NCBI GenBank assembly: GCA_044225505.1
Contig: JBGAIN010000080.1
Span: 1 to 37,741, forward strand
DNA from: Limisphaerales bacterium
GTDB taxonomy: Bacteria > Verrucomicrobiota > Verrucomicrobiia > Limisphaerales > SIBE01
Length of the DNA stretch: 37,741 nucleotides
Direction: 5' to 3'
In this document: positions 20,085 to 29,393 of the stretch, one piece after another
How the letters are laid out: each line of letters begins with the position of its first letter
Numbering within the stretch: the first letter of the stretch is position 1
The notes under the pieces: model-generated
The model's database searches: none
What the model was told of the DNA's origin: nothing
Seen by the model: only the letters and a program-made list of their open reading frames with translations
Program-made: the position numbers and the translations under genes

Positions 20085-21487
20085 ACAGCATCGCCGTCAT
20101 TGGCGGGGGTATCACTGGACTGACAACCGCCTTCCGCCTCCGCGCCCAGAAACTGCCGGTCGACCTCTACGAATCCGATGTGCGCGTCGGCGGCGTCATT
20201 CAGTCCATCCGACGCGACGGGTATCTGGCGGAATTCGGCCCCAACACCGTGCTCGAAACTTCGCCAAAGATTCGGGAGCTCATTGCGGACGCGGGCTTGA
20301 CCGAGCGACGGATGTATTCCGATCCGAAAGCGGAGAACCGCTACCTGGTGCGAGGCGGCCAGACCGTACGACTCCCCTCCTCCGCGAGCGCGTTTTTGAA
20401 AACGCCGCTCTTCTCTGGCCCCGCAAAGCTACGGCTGCTTTGGGAACCGTTCGTTCGACGCACTCCCCCAGGGCTGGAGGAGAGCGTGGCGCAGTTTGTC
20501 CGGCGTCGCATCGGCCAGGAATTCCTGGACTACGCGATCAATCCGTTGATTGCGGGCGTCTACGCGGGAGATCCCGCGCGGTTGTCCGTCCAGCATGCGT
20601 TTCCCAAACTCTACGCGCTCGAACAACGTTACGGCTCGCTGATCCTTGGCCAGTTCCTGGGCGCGCGTGAACGCAAACGCCGCGCTGAAGTCTCAAAGCA
20701 GAATGCGAAAAAGGTCTCGTTTGACGAAGGGCTGGAAGTGCTCACCGACACGCTCGGGCGGCGCTTAGGCGACGCCGTGCACCTGAACGCTCCCGTCGTG
20801 GGTATCCGGCAGGATTCTGCCGGATGGACCGTGACGACCCGAGTCAACGGGGTCGAGCGCGACCAGGAACATGCCTGCGTCATCTACACCGGCCCCGCTT
20901 ACCGGTTGCCTGGAATCCGATGGCAGACCTCCGAACGCATCGATCCGGCCCCGATGTCCCAGATTCAGTATCCACCCGTGGCCAGCGTGGTGCTCGGGTT
21001 TAAAAGAGCGGACGTGTCGCATCCGCTCGACGGATTTGGGATGTTAATTCCGGAGGTGGAACGACTGAATATTCTAGGAGCCCTGTTCTCCTCCTCCCTC
21101 TTCCCCAATCGAGCCCCGGAAGGTCACGTGACGATTACGAGTTATGTGGGCGGCACACGCGCCCCAGACCTGGCTCGGCGCAAGCCGGACGAGCTGGTGG
21201 AACTCACTTGCCGTGATCTGCGGAAACTGCTGGGCGTTTCCGGTAAACCAACCTTTCAACATTGTTTCCTGTTCCCACGCGCCATTCCCCAGTACGAAGT
21301 TGGGTTTGGCAAGTTCCGCGAGTTGATGAAGGAGATGGAAACGAAAGCAGCCGGTTTGTTCCTGGCGGGCAATTATCGCGACGGGATTTCACTGGCGGAC
21401 TCGATCGTTTCCGGATTTAACGCCGCGGAACGTGTCGCCGCTTACTTGCGCGAAGGTGCCGGACGCGAGGTCTGTTCAGCAGTGTGA
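20081..21487 (+). CDS. hemY: HemY-type protoporphyrinogen oxidase (FAD-dependent)
   Basis: IAVIGGGITGL dinucleotide fold, EFGPN, GVYAGDP, GFGMLIP, AIPQY, AGNY..G; ATGA overlap with hemN. Confidence 0.95.
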   Translation: MNSIAVIGGGITGLTTAFRLRAQKLPVDLYESDVRVGGVIQSIRRDGYLAEFGPNTVLETSPKIRELIADAGLTERRMYSDPKAENRYLVRGGQTVRLPSSASAFLKTPLFSGPAKLRLLWEPFVRRTPPGLEESVAQFVRRRIGQEFLDYAINPLIAGVYAGDPARLSVQHAFPKLYALEQRYGSLILGQFLGARERKRRAEVSKQNAKKVSFDEGLEVLTDTLGRRLGDAVHLNAPVVGIRQDSAGWTVTTRVNGVERDQEHACVIYTGPAYRLPGIRWQTSERIDPAPMSQIQYPPVASVVLGFKRADVSHPLDGFGMLIPEVERLNILGALFSSSLFPNRAPEGHVTITSYVGGTRAPDLARRKPDELVELTCRDLRKLLGVSGKPTFQHCFLFPRAIPQYEVGFGKFRELMKEMETKAAGLFLAGNYRDGISLADSIVSGFNAAERVAAYLREGAGREVCSAV

Positions 21488-21555
21488 GTTAAACCTGGAT
21501 CTAAGAGAGTCGCGGTGGCACCCCCCCTCGCGATTGAAGCCAAGCAAAAGATGAC

Positions 21556-22602
21556 ATGAGCAAAGCAGGCGTTTTATTGGTCAATTTGGGATCGCCCGAT
21601 TCGCCCTCCGTGAGCGATGTGCGGCGATATCTCCGGCAGTTTCTGATGGATGGACGCGTGATTGATACCAATTACTTGTGGCGTTCCATCCTGGTCAACG
21701 GCTTGATCCTGCCGTTCCGCCCGAAACAATCCGCAGAGGCCTACCATAAGGTTTGGTGGCCGGAAGGGTCGCCCCTCGTTGTGATCAGCCAACGGGTTTG
21801 CGCCCAACTCAAACGGCGCCTGACCATGCCGGTCGAACTGGCGATGCGTTACCAGAACCCGTCGATCGCCTCGGGCCTGGAGGCGCTGGCCAAGCAAGGG
21901 GTGGATCAGGTCTTAATCTTCCCGCTCTTCCCGCACTATGCCATGTCGAGCTTCGAAACGGCTGTCGAAGAAGTCAAACGCCTGGCCCCGACTTACGAGA
22001 TTCGCAAGCTGGCAACGGTGCCACCGTTTTACGATGATTCAGATTACATCGCCGCTCTGGTGGCCAGCGCGAAAACCTACCTCGACAAAGGCTACGATCA
22101 TTTGCTGTTCAGCTTTCACGGATTGCCCGAACGACATCTGCGAAAGTCGGACCCAACCAAGTCCCACTGTTTGCAGAGCCCGGACTGCTGCAATTCCACG
22201 AGCCCCGCACATGCCACGTGCTACCGCGCGCAATGCTTTCGAACCGTCCAGTCCTTCGTCCAGGCCACGGGCATTACCAAATACTCGACCGCATTCCAAT
22301 CCCGCCTCGGGCGCGATCCTTGGCTTCGGCCGTACACCGATTTGGAAATCGTGCGTCTGGCCAAAGAGGGAGTGAAACGCATGCTCGTGATCTGTCCGGC
22401 CTTCGTCTCGGATTGCCTCGAAACCATGGAGGAAATCGGGATGCGCGCCAAGGAGTCGTTTATCGAGTCTGGGGGGGAAGATTTGACCCTGATTCCCTGT
22501 TTGAATGAGCATCCGCTCTGGTTGAAAGCGATGGAGCGAATTGTGGCGAAGGCGCAAACGGCGCAGGACTTGCGCGAGCCGAAACCCGCAGGTCGCGGAT
22601 GA
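21556..22602 (+). CDS. hemH: Ferrochelatase
   Basis: GVLLVNLGSP, GSPL, AMRYQNP, LLFSFHGLP, FQSRLG..WL.P, PAFVSDCLET.EE. Confidence 0.97.
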   Translation: MSKAGVLLVNLGSPDSPSVSDVRRYLRQFLMDGRVIDTNYLWRSILVNGLILPFRPKQSAEAYHKVWWPEGSPLVVISQRVCAQLKRRLTMPVELAMRYQNPSIASGLEALAKQGVDQVLIFPLFPHYAMSSFETAVEEVKRLAPTYEIRKLATVPPFYDDSDYIAALVASAKTYLDKGYDHLLFSFHGLPERHLRKSDPTKSHCLQSPDCCNSTSPAHATCYRAQCFRTVQSFVQATGITKYSTAFQSRLGRDPWLRPYTDLEIVRLAKEGVKRMLVICPAFVSDCLETMEEIGMRAKESFIESGGEDLTLIPCLNEHPLWLKAMERIVAKAQTAQDLREPKPAGRG

Positions 22603-22685
22603 GTATTCTTACGTATCTGGTTTAGCATTGAATCTGCCGCGAGGTTGGGGTTGAATACAAGCCGTGGGGCGGTGGCTCGGTCGTT

Positions 22686-25184
22686 GTGTGCCTCGGTAAA
22701 CGACAAGAGAGGTTCCATCTTCCTCCTACGCAATTGTTAAACAACTTGGATTCGTCCTCACCGCCATCGCCCAACCCGGAAGCGTCTGAAGTCCCGGCGC
22801 GCCCGAACGGACCGGCCTCGTCGCCCGATCGATTTATCATCGAACTCGTTCTGTTTCTGGCGCTCGCCCTCGTGCTCAGTGAACTCCTGGCGCAAGCGGC
22901 CGCGGCCGTCGACCTTCCCCTCTCTTCGGCCGCGAACGTCCTGCTCCGAACGATCCTCGGTGTCGCCTTCACGTTTGCCGTCGTTTACTTCACGTGCATC
23001 AAACCGTCCCGACGGCGAACCGCCGATTTGACGCATCGCGTCGGGGAACTGCGGCGCTTCCACCAGGATCTGGAACGTCGCTTCAGCGAGCAGGATGTCG
23101 AACTCGCCCATACCCGGGCCAAACTCCATGCGGAAAGCCAAGCCCATTTGCAGGCCTCCACCGAAGCGCAGCGCCTGGCCGCGGAACTCGAGCAACGAGT
23201 CCTTCAACGAACGAGCCATTTGGACGGCATGGTGCGCACATTCCAAAACGAACTGAGCGAGCGCAAACGCACCATTGACTCGCTCCGTGAAAGTGAAAAA
23301 CAGTTCCGGCAATTCGTGGAGTTGGCGCCGGAGGGAATCTGGGCCACGGACGCCCAAGGGAAGATCACCTTCGTCAACGCGTTTGCCGCTGAAATGGTCG
23401 GTTACACCGCGCCCCAACTCCTGGGCCGCTCGCTGCCCGATCTTCTGGTTTTAGAAGATTTGCCCGCCAGCCACCAGAAGCTCGCCAGCGCGAGCGCAGC
23501 GCCGTTCGTTTCGGTGGATGTTCGCCTGCGCCACAAAGCTGGCCGGGCCATCTGGGTGCGATCGTCTTACGCCCCCCTCTCCGATGAGTCCAAATCCCAT
23601 CGCGGGGCGCTAATGCTCTTCACCGACTGCACCGTGCAACGAATCGAAGAAGCGCGCCTGCGTGAGCGCGTCGCCCTTCTCGACACCGCTCCCGATGCCA
23701 TCGTGACTTGTGATGCCGACCTGCGCATCCTCTCGTGGAATCAAGGCGCCGCCCGTCTCTACGGTTGGACTGCCCAAGAAATGGCCGGACGCCCTGCCCT
23801 CGACTCTTTGTCGGAGCCCTCCGCAGCCAACCCCACCGAGGAGATTCTCCGGCTCCTCAAACAAAACGGGCAATGGCGCGGCGAACTGAGCCACGTCACC
23901 AAGACCGGTAAAAAGCTTTTTGTGGATGTTCGTTTAGCCTCAAACGCGCGCACGCCCGGGACCGCCGGTTGGATCTTGCTGGTCGCCACGGATATGACCG
24001 CCACCCGCATTCGGGAGTTACAACTGCGTCGTGAGCAACGCACGGAGGCGGCGAGCAGCCTGATTGGCGGCCTGGCGCAGGAATTGAACAACAATCTCGC
24101 GCCGGTCCTGCTTTCTGCCGAAATCCTGCGGTCAAAGCCGCTGAAGAATGAAGAGGACGCTCTGACGACCAACATCGTCACTGGGTCCGAGCGCGCGGCA
24201 GATTTGCTGAAGCAAGCGTTGGTCTTTGCCCGCGGCGTCGAAGGAGAACGAGAAACCCTTCGCCCATCGCAGCTCCTCAAAGACACCGTCAACGTCTTGC
24301 GAGAGACCTTCCCACGGAATATTCAGATATTGACCGAATCCCCGCCGGGCATTTGGTCGGTCCAGGGCGATTCGACCCAATTGCACCAGGTCTTGCTGAA
24401 ACTCTGCGTGCAAGCCCGCGATGCCATGCCTTCCGGCGGAATTTTAACCCTGCGCCTCAAGAACCTGCAGATTGGCGATCATACCAATGGCGTGTACTCA
24501 GGCCGGAAACCGGGAAACTACGTGCTGTTTGAAGTGCAGGATACCGGGCCGCTCTTTCCCGCGACCGCGCACGACCGGCTGTTCGAACCATTCTTCGCGT
24601 GCAAAGAGCGCAACCTGGCGCCGAGCTTAGGGCTGGCCGCCGCTTCCGGAACCATTCGAAGCCACGGCGGCCTCATTGACCTGCGCAGCCAGTCTGGAGT
24701 CGGCACGACCCTAACGCTTTGTTTGCCAGCCATGGCCGATGCGGAGACCGAGCCCGCCCGCGCCGGCGCCGAGCTGCCCAGCGGCCGCGGCGAACTCATC
24801 CTCCTGGTCGAAGACGACGCGGGCTTGCGCGACGTGACGCGCACCACGCTCAGCCGGCACGGCTATCAAGTTCTCACCGCGGCCGACGGCATGGAAGGTC
24901 TCGGTCTGCTCGCCCAACACCAGGAAAGCGTCAAACTCGTGCTGACGGGAATTCAAACGCCTTCGCTCGATGGTCCTTCCCTGGCGCGGGAAGCGAGAAA
25001 GATCAATCCCGCGATTCGCGTCATCGCCTCCACGGGCCTGGGCCGCGCCGTTTCGAACCCAGCCGATAAACTGGCCGCGCTGCAAAGCAACGGCATTGGA
25101 CGTTTGCTCGCCAAACCGTATAGCGCCCACGAATTGCTGCACGCGGTCCGGGAAGAGTTAAGCCAGCCCGCCCCGGCGAGTTAG
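22686..25184 (+). CDS. Membrane-anchored PAS-PAS hybrid histidine kinase-like protein, catalytically degenerate
   Basis: Two TM helices, coiled coil, two PAS domains, HisKA/HATPase-like region and C-terminal receiver; conserved His, Asn and Asp replaced (see findings). Start uncertain. Confidence 0.88.
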   Translation: MCLGKRQERFHLPPTQLLNNLDSSSPPSPNPEASEVPARPNGPASSPDRFIIELVLFLALALVLSELLAQAAAAVDLPLSSAANVLLRTILGVAFTFAVVYFTCIKPSRRRTADLTHRVGELRRFHQDLERRFSEQDVELAHTRAKLHAESQAHLQASTEAQRLAAELEQRVLQRTSHLDGMVRTFQNELSERKRTIDSLRESEKQFRQFVELAPEGIWATDAQGKITFVNAFAAEMVGYTAPQLLGRSLPDLLVLEDLPASHQKLASASAAPFVSVDVRLRHKAGRAIWVRSSYAPLSDESKSHRGALMLFTDCTVQRIEEARLRERVALLDTAPDAIVTCDADLRILSWNQGAARLYGWTAQEMAGRPALDSLSEPSAANPTEEILRLLKQNGQWRGELSHVTKTGKKLFVDVRLASNARTPGTAGWILLVATDMTATRIRELQLRREQRTEAASSLIGGLAQELNNNLAPVLLSAEILRSKPLKNEEDALTTNIVTGSERAADLLKQALVFARGVEGERETLRPSQLLKDTVNVLRETFPRNIQILTESPPGIWSVQGDSTQLHQVLLKLCVQARDAMPSGGILTLRLKNLQIGDHTNGVYSGRKPGNYVLFEVQDTGPLFPATAHDRLFEPFFACKERNLAPSLGLAAASGTIRSHGGLIDLRSQSGVGTTLTLCLPAMADAETEPARAGAELPSGRGELILLVEDDAGLRDVTRTTLSRHGYQVLTAADGMEGLGLLAQHQESVKLVLTGIQTPSLDGPSLAREARKINPAIRVIASTGLGRAVSNPADKLAALQSNGIGRLLAKPYSAHELLHAVREELSQPAPAS

Positions 25185-25210
25185 CTCTGCGAGTTAGTCT
25201 GCTGTCGGTC

Positions 25211-25978
25211 TCAGCGTTTCCGTTTCTCCCGATTGAACGCCACGCAATCGGTGTAACGCACCCCCGACCCGCCGAAGATATCGAGCGCCGAGCCGATCGT
25301 CAGATCGATCTTCCCACCGCCCACGTCACTCACCTTCTCCAGGTCAGCCAACGATCTGGCTCCGCCCGCATAAGTCGTGGGAATGGGGCTCGCGGCACTG
25401 AGCAACTCGACCAACCGCATATCGACCCCATGACATAACCCTTCGACATCCACCGCGTGAACGAGGAACTCCGCGCAATAAACGGCGAGCGTTTGCAACG
25501 TCGAAGGGGAGAGGCGCAGGTCGGTAAACCGTTGCCACCGGTCAGTCACCACAAAGTAATCGTCATCCCGCTGTCGGCAGCTCAAGTCCAAAACCAAGCG
25601 CTCCCGGCCAACGCGCTTGACCAACTCGATCAGCCGATCTGAATCCAAACGGCCCTGGCGGAAGACCCAGGAAGTCACGATCACATGCGACGCTCCCGCA
25701 TCCAGGTAGCGCGCCGCATTCTCGCTATGGATCCCACCGCCAATTTGCAGACCGCCAGGATAAGCGCGCAACGCGGCCTCGGCTGCCGCTTCATTCTTGG
25801 GGCCGAGCATGATCACATGGCCGCCGGCTAATTCATCGTTGCGATAAAGTTCGGCGAACCATTCGGCCGGGCGTTCCGCAATGAAGTTGGTGCGGAGCGA
25901 CGTTTCGTCATCCGCCAGTGTGCCACCGACGATCTGTTTTACCTTACCCTCGTGGAGGTCAATGCAAGGACGAAACAT
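25211..25978 (-). CDS. hisA: ProFAR isomerase, eukaryote-like (His6-type) HisA
   Basis: MFRPCIDLHEGKVKQIVGG, GGHVIMLG, LVLDLSCR, HAVDVEG, TYAGG, DLTIGSALDIFGG. Confidence 0.93.
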   Translation of the reverse strand: MFRPCIDLHEGKVKQIVGGTLADDETSLRTNFIAERPAEWFAELYRNDELAGGHVIMLGPKNEAAAEAALRAYPGGLQIGGGIHSENAARYLDAGASHVIVTSWVFRQGRLDSDRLIELVKRVGRERLVLDLSCRQRDDDYFVVTDRWQRFTDLRLSPSTLQTLAVYCAEFLVHAVDVEGLCHGVDMRLVELLSAASPIPTTYAGGARSLADLEKVSDVGGGKIDLTIGSALDIFGGSGVRYTDCVAFNREKRKR

Positions 25979-26047
25979 GTCCCCTACCTTACTGGGGAAT
26001 TTGCACCTTGTCAGCACTGACCCGGCCCCGCTCCCCCGTTCTCCCCT

Positions 26048-26080
26048 CGGACCGCGGCTGTATCCGAAGGATCAGCCGCA
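26048..26080 (+). repeat. REP-like hairpin repeat, GGACCGCG/GGAGCGCG family (other copies near 26510, 27445 reversed, 29316)
   Basis: CGGACCGCGGCTGTATCCGAAGGATCAGCCGCA matches the reverse complement of 27445-27476 and resembles TTTACGGAGCGCG(A/C)CTGTGTC...CGCAG at ~26509 and ~29316. Confidence 0.75.
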
Positions 26081-26170
26081 GGTTTCCATCCCGGATTCAC
26101 TTTTCCAGATTGGTCTGTATTCGGGACGGATTTGGATCCGCAGGATAGGCCGCAGTCTTTCCGATGAACC

Positions 26171-26398
26171 CTACGGCGGCGTCAACCCCACGTCCGGCCC
26201 GAGCCCGCCGCTCGGCGCAATGTCCACCTTTAAACCGTCCCAGTCCTTCTTGGATTTCTTGCTGGATTGGCCTGATCCCGCTTTCTCCTTCGACGCGTCC
26301 GAGGGCCGACGGCGCCGTGCCGAGCTGGGTGCAGGCTGAACGTTCCCTTGAGATCTGCCAGCCTTCCGCGGCTCGGCATTTCCGTTGTCACCATTCAT
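26171..26398 (-). CDS. Small hydrophilic hypothetical protein
   Basis: 75-aa ATG ORF, same orientation as its neighbours, GAGG upstream; no recognisable domain. Confidence 0.4.
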   Translation of the reverse strand: MNGDNGNAEPRKAGRSQGNVQPAPSSARRRRPSDASKEKAGSGQSSKKSKKDWDGLKVDIAPSGGLGPDVGLTPP

Positions 26399-26635
26399 CC
26401 CTCAACATAACTCCAAGTCGGGGACGGGCGAGCGGCTCTAACGCGCTCCATTGGAACGAAGGACGACTCGGACGCTCAAACTCGGCGGTGCGGTCAAAAA
26501 ACACTCAGTTTACGGAGCGCGACTGTGTCCGCAGGACCCGTCGCAGGTTTCGATTCTCGCAAGGCATGGATCGATGGGGACGTTCTGTGACGGAGCTGCG
26601 GTCCGCAAAGGTGCTGAGAAGTGCTCGGCGCAGAC

Positions 26636-27148
26636 TTACTTCGTTTCCGGATGGGCTGGTTCCGCTGGCTTGTCGAGCTCTTCCAGCTTGCGCGTGGCCG
26701 GGCCGTAGCCATTCTTGGACGACTCGGTCAGCCATTTGCGCCCTAACGTTTCATCCTTCTCCAAACCGTCGCCTTTCAGATAACGCAGCCCCAGTTCATA
26801 CTGGGCGGATTCAGATCCTTCCTCAGCGCGCATTTTTTGGAACTCAATCGTTTTTCGGATGGCTTGTTCGCGCGAGGCGCGCGCCTTTTCCGGGTCGACG
26901 GGCGGCGGCGGGAGGTAGCGGACGACCGCTTGAGTGATCACTCGTTTTTGAATGGCGTTGGGAGGTGCAGGCGCCACGGGCGCTGGCTGGGCCGCGACCC
27001 CAGGCGCGTTCGTCTTGGCTGGGATCGGCTGCGGAACGACCTTCCTGGTCAGTTGCCTGGCGTTATACGCTTGCCCGAACAGCGACGGAGCCATTAGAAG
27101 ACTACTGCAAATCACCGCCCCCAGGAGAATCACGCGTGATATATTCAT
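26636..27148 (-). CDS. Secreted Sel1-like repeat protein
   Basis: Signal peptide MNISRVILLGAVICSSLLMAPSLFG, Pro/Ala-rich linker, Sel1 repeat AEEGSESAQYELGLRYLKGDGLEKD...KWL. Confidence 0.85.
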   Translation of the reverse strand: MNISRVILLGAVICSSLLMAPSLFGQAYNARQLTRKVVPQPIPAKTNAPGVAAQPAPVAPAPPNAIQKRVITQAVVRYLPPPPVDPEKARASREQAIRKTIEFQKMRAEEGSESAQYELGLRYLKGDGLEKDETLGRKWLTESSKNGYGPATRKLEELDKPAEPAHPETK

Positions 27149-27330
27149 ACGAACATACCCCACCCTTCCACACCTCCTCCATGGCAGCAAGCCAAATGCT
27201 TGGATTGCCAGGTCCGACCACCGTCCCGGGAGAGGCGTCCGCACCGTGTGAAGGGCCCGGGACCAACCGCGAATTATATACGCCGAGCTTCGGCGGTTGC
27301 GAACCTCCCTGTCGAATCGGGAGTGCCAGA

Positions 27331-27418
27331 GTGGCAGCGGCGTCTCGCCGCTGGCAGGGACTTCCGCTACTTCATGGCCAATAAGCCAGGCAAACCAGAG
27401 CCGGGACGGCTCTGCCAC
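27331..27418. repeat. Inverted REP doublet (GTGG-type, REPIN-like)
   Basis: GTGGCAGCGGCGTCTCGCCGCTG at 27331 and an inverted copy reading GTGGCAGAGCCGTCCCGGCTCTG at 27396-27418. Confidence 0.7.
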
Positions 27419-27530
27419 GATGACAACGACGGACACGTGAGGCGGCGGCTGATCGTTCCGATACAGCCGCGGTCCGCAAAAGATTTGGGGCGCGGCCGCC
27501 TGCGCCGCATCCGCCGCAGGCTTCAGCCGG

Positions 27531-28436
27531 TCACCAATTTGGATGGGCGAGAACTGGCTGACCATTTTTAACCGGTGTGGAACGGACCTGCTCTGCCCCG
27601 ACTTCTGCGGCCACTTCATCCTGCTTAAGAGCTTCATTTAACGGCGATGGTGATGGGCGCCATTCGTCTCTGGAATCGGTGCTTCGTCGAACACCGCGGT
27701 ATCGTTCGGCTAGAGCTTTACGGTCGGGACTCATCCAATCTTCATCGCGAAGAATGCGTTCTCCTTCAACAGGGGAGGTGCTGGGCATAAACCTGTCGAT
27801 TGGACCTCGTTGAGTTGGCTGCTCTGGCGCCATTCTCAAAAAGCTATCTAGAATCTCACCCTCATCACTCCCTAAGCAAAGCCAGTGGCTGACGATCCGA
27901 CGCTTTTGTTGTTCATGCACGGACAGAATTTTTTCTGCGGACTTCTCGATTTGGTCCCGAGATTTGCCTTTCTGGCGCAGGTGTTCGCGAACCTGATCGA
28001 TCGACGTCATTCCTGATGCGGGGATCACCAAAGCATGCCACGCCTGCGCGACGTCCTCCACTCCGTAGCCATTTCCGATCAGCCAATCAATGACCTGTTC
28101 AAACTCTGGGTCTCCCTTCAGCGGAGACGCCAAATACGACTTGATACTCATGTGCCGACGAATCAGACGCTTGATGTAGTTCGTATCCGTCCCCATCCGA
28201 CTAAGACTGACGAATTGTTCAGAATCTAATTTCTTTTTGGAAGCTGCTCCGGCCCAATCAAAGCCAGGCGCTGACCGCTCTGCGAGCTGGGGGCGGTCCG
28301 CGGAACCTGTAGGACCCACGTCCACCGACGAGGTTTCGCTCGGCGTCACAGTGTTTGGCAGCAGGAGTCGCAGCGACAGAAACACAGCGACAAGGATCAC
28401 CACGCTCAAAAGGACTATGCTCTGCCGCCTGGTCAT
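27531..28436 (-). CDS. Hypothetical protein with N-terminal membrane anchor
   Basis: Long ORF; MTRRQSIVLLSVVILVAVFLSLRLLLP anchor; no recognisable domain. Confidence 0.75.
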   Translation of the reverse strand: MTRRQSIVLLSVVILVAVFLSLRLLLPNTVTPSETSSVDVGPTGSADRPQLAERSAPGFDWAGAASKKKLDSEQFVSLSRMGTDTNYIKRLIRRHMSIKSYLASPLKGDPEFEQVIDWLIGNGYGVEDVAQAWHALVIPASGMTSIDQVREHLRQKGKSRDQIEKSAEKILSVHEQQKRRIVSHWLCLGSDEGEILDSFLRMAPEQPTQRGPIDRFMPSTSPVEGERILRDEDWMSPDRKALAERYRGVRRSTDSRDEWRPSPSPLNEALKQDEVAAEVGAEQVRSTPVKNGQPVLAHPNW

Positions 28437-29393
28437 GTTCAGTTCGGATTGATCCTTAAATCGTCGATCACGGCGAAAAGTGGGTCCAGCGGCCGCTGTC
28501 TCCACCCTGTCATCATGATGCCATCATCAAAATCATTCAACTGGCCTTTGCAGTAATGCTGCAGTTCACCTTGTCTCCTACATCCCCTGCAGCGCCCCAT
28601 TTCTCAAGTTTAGAGGCTCTCGCACGTTGCATGCGGTTCCGGGTTCGCAAGCGTGGGGTAGACGGCAGCGTCAGGAGCTCTCGGACGATGATGCGCCCCA
28701 ATCCGGCTTGGCCGGATGCGGCAGGTTAATGCCGCAATGCTGCCAAGGGACACCTGGAACCTTGACAATATTCAGACCGCAAGCGGGGCAGATCGCCACG
28801 CGCGGACGCACCCTACGCCGCTGCTTCTTCGCATAGGCGGAAAGGTTGCCGGGAACAACGCACAGGACCGATGGCGACACGCACACCACCGCGACGCAGC
28901 TCGGGCATTGATAGAACTGACACTTCCGGCTTCTTGTTCGGGTTTTTGCCGTTTGGCCTGCGCTTCCAGCGCGTATCCCCAAAGGGGGCAAGGACCGTGG
29001 GCGACGCGACGCTTTGCCACGGCTGCTATGGGGATGGGGCCTTTGGCCCGGCGGAAAAGACACGCGGAGCTTATTGTGACTTATTGAGGACACTCGTAAT
29101 TTGCGCTGCGGTCGAGTCTTCGACTTGGTGAGAGACCGAGAAATGATCTGATACAGATCCTACGGCTGTTCACCCGTTTCATTTGTTCCAGCAGTCTGAT
29201 TGCCGTTGAGCGGTGGCAAAAATTCCCGCCAGCCGTTCTTAGTGACTTTATCAGAGCAAGTTGCGGTCGAATCAGCAATTGCTGATTGGCCGGTGCGCCG
29301 CTCTCATTTCCGGTTTTACGGAGCGCGCCTGTGTCGAAGACCAGGCGCAGAATTCCAGCGTTTCTTGGCTCCTTTTTATAAAGGCTCAGGGGC

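Noticed and set aside
134..25642. Numerous antisense and alternate-frame ORFs of 60-250 aa
   Set aside because: They overlap well-supported genes, are Arg/Pro/Ala-rich and lack motifs, as expected for shadow ORFs in GC-rich DNA.
26636..27637. 333-aa ORF as listed in the track
   Set aside because: The N-terminal half runs through REP repeats and overlaps the next gene; the real protein most likely begins at the signal peptide (ATG 27148).
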